Shown here: piece by piece, positions 30,428 through 38,368 of the stretch
Layout: each line of letters opens with the position of its first letter
Numbering within the stretch: the first letter of the stretch is position 1
Source of the DNA: an uncultured Oscillospiraceae bacterium
Lineage (GTDB): Bacteria > Bacteroidota > Bacteroidia > Bacteroidales > Bacteroidaceae
Direction: 5' to 3'
NCBI GenBank assembly: GCA_963625935.1
Contig: CAVFVD010000009.1
Span: forward strand, 4,094 to 68,093
DNA: 64,000 bases
Program-made: the position numbers and the translations under genes
The notes under the pieces: generated by a model
What the model was told of the DNA's origin: nothing
What the model saw: only the letters and a program-made list of their open reading frames with translations
The model's database searches: none

Positions 30428-30510
30428 ATTCCGTGTGTTTAGGTAAAACAAAAAAGCGGCATCCCTCAATCGTGGGATGCCGCTTTAATCTTTTGTCTGT
30501 GCGCGGGCGT

Positions 30511-30933
30511 TCAATCGTAAAAGAAACGCCGTTTGATGTTCTTTGAGAACAGCCTTGACCCGCGCACGCTGTCAAGTATTTCTTGCAGATGCTCGTCTTT
30601 CAAATTGTCAACAAGCTCAGTCTCGTTGCGCTCAAATTCGCCAGCAAAGTCACTTATACTCTTTGTGTGTATGTCAGACGCGCACACAAACGAGTCGTGG
30701 TGCAGGAACGAATAATCCCGCTTCCTCAAAAGGTATTGCATTGCAAATTGTTCGGGCTTGCGTTCAAGCACTGGATTTATGCGTGAGTTTATAAAGAAGA
30801 AGCCTGCAACCTCGTCCCCGTCCACGCCCATCACAACAAAGAACTTTCCGTGGTCTATTTCGCTAAATGCGTATGAGTGAAGCACCGCGCCGCGTCTGAC
30901 GCCAAGTCGAACTAATATTTCATTCGGTTTCAT
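30511..30933 (-). CDS. Candidate toxin partner of the Panacea antitoxin (140 aa, family not recognised)
   Basis: The ATG at 30933 overlaps the upstream stop in ATGA. MKPNEILVRLGVRRGAVLHSYAFSEIDHGKFFVVMGVDGDEV... Confidence 0.5.
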   Translation of the reverse strand: MKPNEILVRLGVRRGAVLHSYAFSEIDHGKFFVVMGVDGDEVAGFFFINSRINPVLERKPEQFAMQYLLRKRDYSFLHHDSFVCASDIHTKSISDFAGEFERNETELVDNLKDEHLQEILDSVRGSRLFSKNIKRRFFYD

Positions 30934-31514
30934 CCGTGCGCCATCTGCTTTTTGAGTCTCACCCCGTCCGCCACATATTGCGCGTATTCCTCGGTGTCCC
31001 CGCACTCCATTACCATATCCTCAACGGTCATGCAAGAGTTAAGCCCCGTGTTTTCCCACGCAAAGCCATGCGACCTGTCTGTCAGTTGCGCAAAATTCAA
31101 TCCTGCATACTTGTCGAATACCTCATCAAGGCACTCCGTGTCAGTCTCCGAGAGATAGTCCTCGTCGCAAGCCGCTTTCGCTTTTATAAGGCTCTTGTTT
31201 ATATAAAGGAACAAACTCCCCGCCTCTGCAAGGCTTTCTTTCGGAAAGAAGAAAGACGCGCCATTAAGTGCCTTAAACATATCGTACACGTTGGACGGGA
31301 CTGGCCCGTACCGCATCGCAATATAATCGTCCCCCGTAATGGAACGCCCATACCTTGACAATGAAAGTTGGTCTGCAAAATAGAGCAACTTGCAAAGTTT
31401 GTGAATGTCGCAGGTGTTATCCTTGAACTTTCCCAAAAGGTAAAGCAAAGCGTTGTACGCTTCGTTCTTCTTGAAAATCGTTGCCATATTCCTTGCGTTA
31501 AATAATTCCGCCAC
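30930..31514 (-). CDS. Panacea (DUF4065, SocA/GepA-like) domain antitoxin
   Basis: LYLLGKFKDNTCDIHKLCKLLYFADQLSLSRYGRSITGDDYIAMRYGPVPSNVYD. The start may instead be the second ATG at 31487. Confidence 0.7.
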   Translation of the reverse strand: MAELFNARNMATIFKKNEAYNALLYLLGKFKDNTCDIHKLCKLLYFADQLSLSRYGRSITGDDYIAMRYGPVPSNVYDMFKALNGASFFFPKESLAEAGSLFLYINKSLIKAKAACDEDYLSETDTECLDEVFDKYAGLNFAQLTDRSHGFAWENTGLNSCMTVEDMVMECGDTEEYAQYVADGVRLKKQMAHG

Positions 31515-31818
31515 AAAGGTATTGTTTATTTTGCAGTTTTCCCCAAATAGCCTTTTAAGGTAATTTTTAATCGGCAGCCCGCGATGTCAAATTTACGCCT
31601 TGACATTCCCGCCGCTTGCGTTTCGTTGCAAATATGGTAGCTATTCACCGCGCCGCGAAGCGCGTTTCTTGTTTCTTCTTTGTTGGTTCTTTGTAGCCTG
31701 TTTTATCCCCTTTCAAAGGGTGGAAATTCGCCCTAAATCGTGCAAGTTTCGTGCAGTAAAAATCAGCACTATTGTATCCGCTTTTGTGTCAGAGCTTTAC
31801 AAATACGTCAGAATACCC

Positions 31819-31904
31819 CAAAGATAATACATTTCCGCCCGTTTTCCAAATGGGCATTAACCAATTTTGCAAGTTCGGGCATAAGAAATGAACCCACTTT
31901 TCGG
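31819..31904 (-). promoter_or_regulatory. 86-bp promoter cassette, copy 1 of 3 (TTTG, 20-nt spacer, TATCTTTG plus an upstream conserved box), firing leftward into the phage end
   Basis: CAAAGATA at 31819-31826 and CAAA at 31847-31850. Collinear with 45749-45834 and with the reverse complement of 56044-56129. Confidence 0.6.
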
Positions 31905-32144
31905 AACTTTACGCGCCTTGGAGGCAATACGGGCGAGAGCGTACGCTCTTAAAAATTGCGAGGACTAAGCCCGAGGGGCAGAACGCGCAGCAAGTGTCCC
32001 GCTCTCCCGTTCGGCATAATGGCTGCGTTGTTGTAATTTTGCAGAGCTTTAACGCCCTTTTCGGGCGCTAAGGCAAACACAAAACGCCCCCGCAGGGCGG
32101 CGGCAAACAGACTTAACCAACAACACCTCTACATCGCTTTTCCC

Positions 32145-33314
32145 ATGGATGGCAAGCTATCCCTGAAAGGCTGGCTCGCACTCGCCGGCCTGGCCTGCTC
32201 GGCTTTCGTCTTCAACACCTCGGAGTTTATACCCATCGGACTGCTCACCGACATCGCGGCCGACTTTCACGTCACCGAAGCCCGCGCCGGTCTGCTCATC
32301 TCCGTATACGCGTGGATGGTGGCGCTGCTTTCCCTGCCGCTCATGCTCGCCTGCTCGAAGATGAACCTCCGCACGCTGCTGCTTTGGGTGGTTTTTCTCT
32401 TCGCCTTTTTCCAAGTGTGCTCCGCCCTCGCGCCGGGCTACTACGCCCTAATGTTTGCCCGCATCGGCGTGGCCTGCACCCACTCCATCTTTTGGTCAAT
32501 CGTCTCCCCTCTTGGCGTGCGCATCGTGCCGCCGCGCAACAAAGCGCTCGCCCTGAGCGTCATTGTCACGGGCTCCGCCATAGCGATGATATTCGGGATG
32601 CCGCTCGGACGCGTGATAGGTCTGCACATCGGCTGGCGTGCCACGTTTATGAGCATCGGCGGCGTGTCGCTGCTCACCTTCCTCTACCTGCGCCACGCGC
32701 TTCCCTCCGTCCCCAGCCGCGGCGGCTTCGCGCTGAAAAAGCTGCCCTCTATGGTTTTCGACCCGCTCTTGCTGCGCATCTACCTTTTCACGCTGCTCAT
32801 AGCCACGGCGTACTTCACGGGGTACAGCTACATAGAGCCATTTCTCAAACAGACCGCCGGATTTGCCGACAGCCTCGTCACCGCCACGCTTATGGTGTTT
32901 GGCGCGGCGGGCCTGGTGGGCAGCGCGCTCTTTTCCAAGCTCTACACGAAAGCCCCGGGGCTTTTCGTCACGCTCTGCACGCTCGCGCTGTGCCTGTGCC
33001 TGCTGGCTCTGCTTCCGCTTTCGGGAAGTATGCCCGCCGAGGTGGCGGCCTGCGCGGTATGGGGCGCGGCAGCGACAGCGTTCAACGTGGCTCTGCAGTC
33101 GCAAATTATAGCCTGCACGCCGCCCGAAGGCACGGCGGTGTCTATGTCCGTATACTCCGGCATCTTCAACCTCGGCATAGGCAGCGGCACGCTCTTCGGC
33201 GGCATTGTCTGCACCTGCGCCTCCATCTCCTACATAGGCGTGGCCGGCGCGGTGATAGGTCTGCCCGCCGTGCTTTACTGGCATCTGCGCACGTCGCGTA
33301 TGCTTGTGCGCTGA
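32145..33314 (+). CDS. MFS transporter, sugar-efflux (SotB/SetB-like)
   Basis: About 12 predicted TM segments; N-terminal FNTSEFIPIGLLTDIAADFHVTEARAGLLISVYAW. Confidence 0.8.
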   Translation: MDGKLSLKGWLALAGLACSAFVFNTSEFIPIGLLTDIAADFHVTEARAGLLISVYAWMVALLSLPLMLACSKMNLRTLLLWVVFLFAFFQVCSALAPGYYALMFARIGVACTHSIFWSIVSPLGVRIVPPRNKALALSVIVTGSAIAMIFGMPLGRVIGLHIGWRATFMSIGGVSLLTFLYLRHALPSVPSRGGFALKKLPSMVFDPLLLRIYLFTLLIATAYFTGYSYIEPFLKQTAGFADSLVTATLMVFGAAGLVGSALFSKLYTKAPGLFVTLCTLALCLCLLALLPLSGSMPAEVAACAVWGAAATAFNVALQSQIIACTPPEGTAVSMSVYSGIFNLGIGSGTLFGGIVCTCASISYIGVAGAVIGLPAVLYWHLRTSRMLVR

Positions 33315-33370
33315 CAAAAACGGAAGGCGGCGGCACGCAATGGGACGGACTTTCCGCTGTTTAAGGAAGG

Positions 33371-33725
33371 CTTGCACTATCTCTACATAAGACAGGCGGC
33401 GGCTCGGCGCTTGAAAGTCAGAAGTCTGCGACTTTTGCCTTTCAAGTGCACTCGCCTTGCACTATCTCTACATAAGATAGGCGGCGGCTCGGCGCTTGAA
33501 AGTCAGAAGTCTGCGACTTTTGCCTTTCAAGTGCACTCGCCTTGCACTATCTCTACATAAGATAGGCGGCGGCTCGGCGCTTGAAAGTCAGAAGTCTGCG
33601 ACTTTTGCCTTTCAAGTGCACTCGCCTTGCACTATCTCTACATAAGATAGGCGGCGGCTCGGCGCTTGAAAGTCAGAAGTCTGCGACTTTTGCCTTTCAA
33701 GTGCACTCGCCTTGCACTATCTTTG
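33371..33725. repeat. 85-bp tandem repeat, 4 full copies plus about 15 bp; each unit contains a strong hairpin
   Basis: Units start at 33371, 33456, 33541, 33626 and 33711. Only one substitution (gacagg vs gatagg). Hairpin: CTTGAAAG..AAGTC-TGC-GACTT..CTTTCAAG. Confidence 0.95.
33718..33725 (+). promoter_or_regulatory. -7 box TATCTTTG 13 nt upstream of the tamB ATG (in the last, partial repeat unit)
   Basis: Full repeat units carry TATCTCTA at the same place. The -33 position reads TTTC. Confidence 0.4.
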
Positions 33726-33737
33726 CATACCTAAGCT

Positions 33738-36700
33738 ATGAAAAAGGAAACCGTAAAGGCGACAAAGTGGATCGCGGGCGTGATATGCGCCCCCTTCGCG
33801 CTCTTTCTGCTGCTCGCCATACTGCTTTATATACCCCCCGTACAAAATTTCGCCGTGCAACGGGTAGCCTCCGCGCTCTCCTCCTCAACTGGGACGGACT
33901 TCAGCGTGGAGCGCGTGCGCCTGGCCTTCCCCCTCGACCTTGCCATACACGGCGCGAGGGCGACAGAGAAAGGCGACACGCTGCTCGACGCGAAAAGCCT
34001 TAGGCTGAGCGTGCGGCTGCTGCCGCTCTTCGAGGGACGCGCCGACGTGGACGGCTTCGAGCTGCGCGGAGTGAAGATAGACAGCAAGAGCTACGTTAGC
34101 GACACGCACATTAAGGGACACGCCGACTGTCTCAGCGCCACCGCGCACGCCATAGAATGGGCGAAAGAGAGCGTGCGGCTTGACAAGGTGCAGCTGAGCG
34201 GGGCGGACTTTGACATCGCGCTCAGCGACACGGCGAAGAAAGACACGACGGAAAGCACGGCGAAGTGGGTCATAGCCTTGGGCACGGCAGATTTGAGCAA
34301 CTCCGCAGTGAGGCTGTCTATGCCCGGAGACTCTATGCGCATAGCGGCGCAGATAGGCCAAGCGAAACTGCGCGGCGGCTTGTTTGACACGGGCAAAAAC
34401 GCCTATTCGCTCAAAAGCCTCGCCCTGCGCGACTGCGCCGTGAGCTACGACCTGCCCTACGAGAAACCGGAAACGGGCTTAGACGCTAACCACATCTCCC
34501 TCACAGACCTTTCGCTCGTAGCCGACACCCTCTCATACAGTGGCGAGGGCGGCATGCGCGTCGCGGCGGGCATAAGGAAAGCCGCGCTGAAAGAGAAATG
34601 CGGACTGCACGTGACGGACTTCGGCGGCGGGGTTGCGCTCCGCGACTCGCTGCTCTGCCTTTCCAAGCTGCGGCTATACACCCCCCACTCAAAGATAACC
34701 GCTGACGCGTCCGTGCCGTTTGACGCGTTTACCCCGAAAGGCAAAGGCGTGTGCAAGGCGGACATCGGCGCGGAGATAGGAATGGAGGACGTGCGCACGC
34801 TTGGGAAAGGATTTCTTCCCAAGCAGTATCTGAAAGCGCTTCCCCCAACGCCCGCCACGCTGCAGGCCAAGGCGCACGGCAATTTGCGCCGCGCCGCAAT
34901 CGAGCAGCTTAGCCTCGCGCTGCCCGGTGTAGTAAAACTCACGGCAGAGGGTTACGCCGCGTCACCATTAGAAGACTGGCGGCGCGGCGAAGCCACGTTT
35001 GCGCTCACCACGGGACGGCTTGCGCCGCTGCGCCGCCTGATGCCGTCCGCCCTGCGCCGCTCTTTTGACATCCCCGACGGGACGGCGGCAAAAGGCAAAA
35101 TAAGCTTCAACGGCTCATACTACGCCACCGACCTGCGCCTTACGGCACGCGGCGGCTCGCTCGCGGCGAAAGCGCACGCCGACACACGCAAGGAGACATA
35201 CAGCGCCAACATCGCGGCAAAAGCGTTCCCCGTAGCCGCCTTTGTGCGCGGCTTGGACGCGACGGCGTTCAGCGGGCGCGCCACGGCGGAGGGCATTGGC
35301 TTCGACCCGCTATCAAGCCGCTGCCGCCTGACGGCGGACGCGCAAGTCACGCGCTTTGCCTACGCCAAATACGACCTTTCCGGACTGTCGCTGCAAGCGC
35401 GGCTGCGCGACGGACAAGCGAAGTGTGTTTTCCACTCCCCCAACGAGACTCTCCGCGCGGACGGCACGCTGCTGGCCACAATAGGCAAACGGCGGATAGA
35501 CGTAGGGCTGCAAGCCGACATCCCCGGCATTGACCTGAGGGAAATAGGCGCGACGAAAGATTCGCTCGTCTTCGGCACCAGCATAGACCTGCAAGGACAC
35601 ACCGACCGCGCCTTCACGGCATACGGCGTAAGCGGCAGCCTGCGGGCAAACCACTTCACCACGCCGAAGCGCAGCATGATGGCGAAAGACCTTGACTTCG
35701 CTTTCGAGACTTCGCGCGACACTACCACAGCGCGTATTGCGGCCGGCGACCTCACCCTGCGCCTCGGCGCGGAAGGCGGACTTACGCGCATCACGGAGGC
35801 TTGCGGCCGCATCGCCACCGAACTCACGGCTCAGGCCGAACGGCGCTCAATCGACCAAGAGCGGCTCAAAGAGCTGCTGCCCGCCGCCTCGCTCTACCTC
35901 GAAGCGGGACAGGACAACCCGCTCTACAACGTTGCACGCTTCAAAGGCTACTCGTTCTCCTCGGCTTACCTCAACCTGAACACCGACCCGCACACCGGCA
36001 TGACGGGAGCGGCACGCGTGGGCAGCATAGACCTCGGCAACCTGATGCTTGACACCATCGACGCCCACATCGTGCAGGACACGACGGGCGTGCAGCTTTA
36101 CGGCGTGGTGAAGAACTACAAAAAGACCAACCCCACGCCTTTGGAGGTGCGGCTCAAATCGTACATCCTCTCCTCGGGCGCGGGCGTGGACCTCACATAC
36201 CTTGACGAAGAGGGAGAAACGGGCGTGAACCTCGGGCTGCAAGCAAACGTGGTGGAAGACGGACTGAGCCTGCATCTCTATCCCGAACACCCCGTGCTGG
36301 CTTACCGCAACTTCCGCGTGAACACCGACAACTACATTTTCCTCGGAAAGGACAAAAGCATAAAGGCAAACATCGATCTGCTGGCAGATGACGGCACCGG
36401 GCTGCAGATATACGACACTCCCAACGACAGCCTTAACGACATCACCGTGAGCGTAAGGCAAGTGAACCTCGCCGAGCTTTCCACCGTGATGCCCTACCTG
36501 CCGCACCTCGGCGGAAAGCTGGACGGCGACATTCACGTCACGGCAAATCCGCGCACGGAGCAAATCTCGGCAATGGCGTCGCTTGACGCAGAGGGCTTCA
36601 AGTATGAGGGCACGGATCTGGGCAACGTGGGCGTGGAGGCGATATACCTCCCGAAAGGCGGGGGAGAGCATCACGCCTCGGCTTTCATAAGCTCCAACGG

Positions 36701-38330
36701 CGAGGAAGTGCTCGCCTGCAACGGCACATACCACGACACGCCGGGAGACGGGGACGGCACGTTTGAGGGTAACGCGCAGCTGCACGACTTCCCCCTGCAA
36801 ATGCTCAACGGGATGCTCAACGGCACGGACGTTGCGCTCAACGGCATCGCGAAAGGCGACCTCAGCGTGAACGGGACGCTCGCAAAGCCTGTCCTGAACG
36901 GCAGTCTCGACCTCGACGAGGCGCACATTTACTCGGACGTGTACGGCTTCGACTTCCGCACCGACGAGCGGGCGGTAGAGATAAAGGACAGCCGCTTGCT
37001 TTTCAAGGAATACAACCTCTACTCCACGGGCAAGCAGCCGCTTGTGCTGGACGGAGAGCTGGACATGGCGGACTTCAGCCGCATTGGGCTGGACTTCACG
37101 ATGAGGGCGCATAACTTTGAGCTTATCAACACGAAGAAGAAAGCCAAGTCGATGGTCTTCGGCAAAGTGTACGCCAACTACAACGGCACGATGAAAGGCA
37201 CGGCGGACAACATCTATATGCGCGGCAAACTGGAAGTGCTCGACCGCACGGATGTGACTTATATCCTCAAAGATTCGCCCCTCTCCGTCGACGACCGCTT
37301 GCACGACCTTGTGCAATTCGTAGACTTCGCCGACACTACCGCCATGGAAGAGGCGAAGACTGCGGCTGAAGGCGGCTTTGACATGACGCTCGGTATCTCG
37401 GTAAGCGACGCCGCGCAGTTCCACTGCAACCTCAGCGAGGACGGGCAGAGCTACGTCAACATTGAAGGCGGCGGCGACCTCACCATGCGTATGACGCAGC
37501 AGGGAGACACGCGCCTCACGGGCCGCTTCACCGTCAACAGCGGCGAAATGAAGTACGCCCTGCCGGTCATTCCCTTAAAGACTTTCCAGCTGGTGCAGGG
37601 AAGCTACGTGGAGTTTACGGGCGACATGATGAATCCTACGCTTAACATCACGGCGAAAGAGCGCACGAAAGCCGTTGTCACCGAAAACGACCAGCAGCGC
37701 TCGGTAAACTTCGACGTGGGCGTACAACTGACGCAACCGCTTGACAAGATGGGGCTGGAGTTCACCATCGACGCGCCCGAGGACCTAAACGTGCAGAACC
37801 AGCTCGCGGCAATGTCGAAAGAGCAACGCGGAAAGGCTGCCGTGGCAATGATGGCCACGGGCATGTATATGACGGACGAAAGCACAATGTCGGGCTCGGG
37901 CTTCAAGGCAAGCAACGCACTGAACGCTTTCCTGCAAAGCGAGATACAGAACATAGCGGGCACCGCGCTGAAGACTATTGACATTAGCCTCGGCGTAGAG
38001 AACGGCACGTCGGAGACCGGCACAAGCACGACGGACTACTCTTTCCAATTTGCCAAGCGCTTTTGGGGCAACCGCATCAGCGTGATACTCGGCGGAAAGG
38101 TCAGCACCGGAGCCGACGCGCAGAACACTGCGGGCAGTTTCATAAACAACGTCTCCGTAGAGTACCGCCTCGACCAAGGAGCGTCGCGCTACGTCAAGGT
38201 GTTCTACGACCGCGACACGCAGGACCCGTTGGAAGGTCAGCTGACAAAGGGCGGCGCGGGACTTGTGCTGCGGCGCAAGACCGACCGTCTGGGTGAGTTG
38301 TTCCTCTTCAAAAGGAAAAGCGGGAAATGA
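33738..38330 (+). CDS. tamB: Translocation and assembly module protein TamB (DUF490 family)
   Basis: 1,530 aa with an N-terminal TM anchor and a C-terminal YRLDQGASRYVKVFYDRDTQDPLEG segment, followed by an Omp85 gene. Confidence 0.8.
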   Translation: MKKETVKATKWIAGVICAPFALFLLLAILLYIPPVQNFAVQRVASALSSSTGTDFSVERVRLAFPLDLAIHGARATEKGDTLLDAKSLRLSVRLLPLFEGRADVDGFELRGVKIDSKSYVSDTHIKGHADCLSATAHAIEWAKESVRLDKVQLSGADFDIALSDTAKKDTTESTAKWVIALGTADLSNSAVRLSMPGDSMRIAAQIGQAKLRGGLFDTGKNAYSLKSLALRDCAVSYDLPYEKPETGLDANHISLTDLSLVADTLSYSGEGGMRVAAGIRKAALKEKCGLHVTDFGGGVALRDSLLCLSKLRLYTPHSKITADASVPFDAFTPKGKGVCKADIGAEIGMEDVRTLGKGFLPKQYLKALPPTPATLQAKAHGNLRRAAIEQLSLALPGVVKLTAEGYAASPLEDWRRGEATFALTTGRLAPLRRLMPSALRRSFDIPDGTAAKGKISFNGSYYATDLRLTARGGSLAAKAHADTRKETYSANIAAKAFPVAAFVRGLDATAFSGRATAEGIGFDPLSSRCRLTADAQVTRFAYAKYDLSGLSLQARLRDGQAKCVFHSPNETLRADGTLLATIGKRRIDVGLQADIPGIDLREIGATKDSLVFGTSIDLQGHTDRAFTAYGVSGSLRANHFTTPKRSMMAKDLDFAFETSRDTTTARIAAGDLTLRLGAEGGLTRITEACGRIATELTAQAERRSIDQERLKELLPAASLYLEAGQDNPLYNVARFKGYSFSSAYLNLNTDPHTGMTGAARVGSIDLGNLMLDTIDAHIVQDTTGVQLYGVVKNYKKTNPTPLEVRLKSYILSSGAGVDLTYLDEEGETGVNLGLQANVVEDGLSLHLYPEHPVLAYRNFRVNTDNYIFLGKDKSIKANIDLLADDGTGLQIYDTPNDSLNDITVSVRQVNLAELSTVMPYLPHLGGKLDGDIHVTANPRTEQISAMASLDAEGFKYEGTDLGNVGVEAIYLPKGGGEHHASAFISSNGEEVLACNGTYHDTPGDGDGTFEGNAQLHDFPLQMLNGMLNGTDVALNGIAKGDLSVNGTLAKPVLNGSLDLDEAHIYSDVYGFDFRTDERAVEIKDSRLLFKEYNLYSTGKQPLVLDGELDMADFSRIGLDFTMRAHNFELINTKKKAKSMVFGKVYANYNGTMKGTADNIYMRGKLEVLDRTDVTYILKDSPLSVDDRLHDLVQFVDFADTTAMEEAKTAAEGGFDMTLGISVSDAAQFHCNLSEDGQSYVNIEGGGDLTMRMTQQGDTRLTGRFTVNSGEMKYALPVIPLKTFQLVQGSYVEFTGDMMNPTLNITAKERTKAVVTENDQQRSVNFDVGVQLTQPLDKMGLEFTIDAPEDLNVQNQLAAMSKEQRGKAAVAMMATGMYMTDESTMSGSGFKASNALNAFLQSEIQNIAGTALKTIDISLGVENGTSETGTSTTDYSFQFAKRFWGNRISVILGGKVSTGADAQNTAGSFINNVSVEYRLDQGASRYVKVFYDRDTQDPLEGQLTKGGAGLVLRRKTDRLGELFLFKRKSGK

Positions 38331-38368
38331 CATAAGTCTCGCATCCGTTTAATCCGAATTTCTCCGCA

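Larger units (their letters stand above)
1..31818. mobile_element. Integrated temperate-phage-like element, partial (left end beyond window; right junction somewhere in 31515-31818)
   Basis: Contiguous phage-type genes: XRE/S24-like repressor facing a leftward early operon, excisionase-type HTH, RecT + YqaJ-like exonuclease, SSB, replication-organiser-like protein, C5 methyltransferase, MazG, giant polyvalent protein. No integrase, terminase, portal or capsid gene recognisable in the window. Confidence 0.75.

Noticed and set aside
1-31818. Searched for integrase, terminase, portal, major capsid, tail tape measure and lysis genes
   Set aside because: None is recognisable in the window. They may lie left of position 1, so the element is called phage-like on the basis of its regulatory, recombination and replication genes only.
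33371-33725. Possible CRISPR array
   Set aside because: The units are contiguous 85-bp repeats with no unique spacers, and there are no cas genes nearby. The ORFs listed at 33372-33560 and 33581-34003 are repeat artefacts.
35847-37424. 525-aa minus-strand ORF inside tamB, and similar antisense ORFs at 46676-47764, 49359-50132, 51174-52151, 53004-54071, 53866-54708, 54855-56009 and 32496-33377
   Set aside because: They are high-GC antisense shadows of confidently assigned plus-strand genes, with low-complexity Arg/Ala/His-rich sequences.
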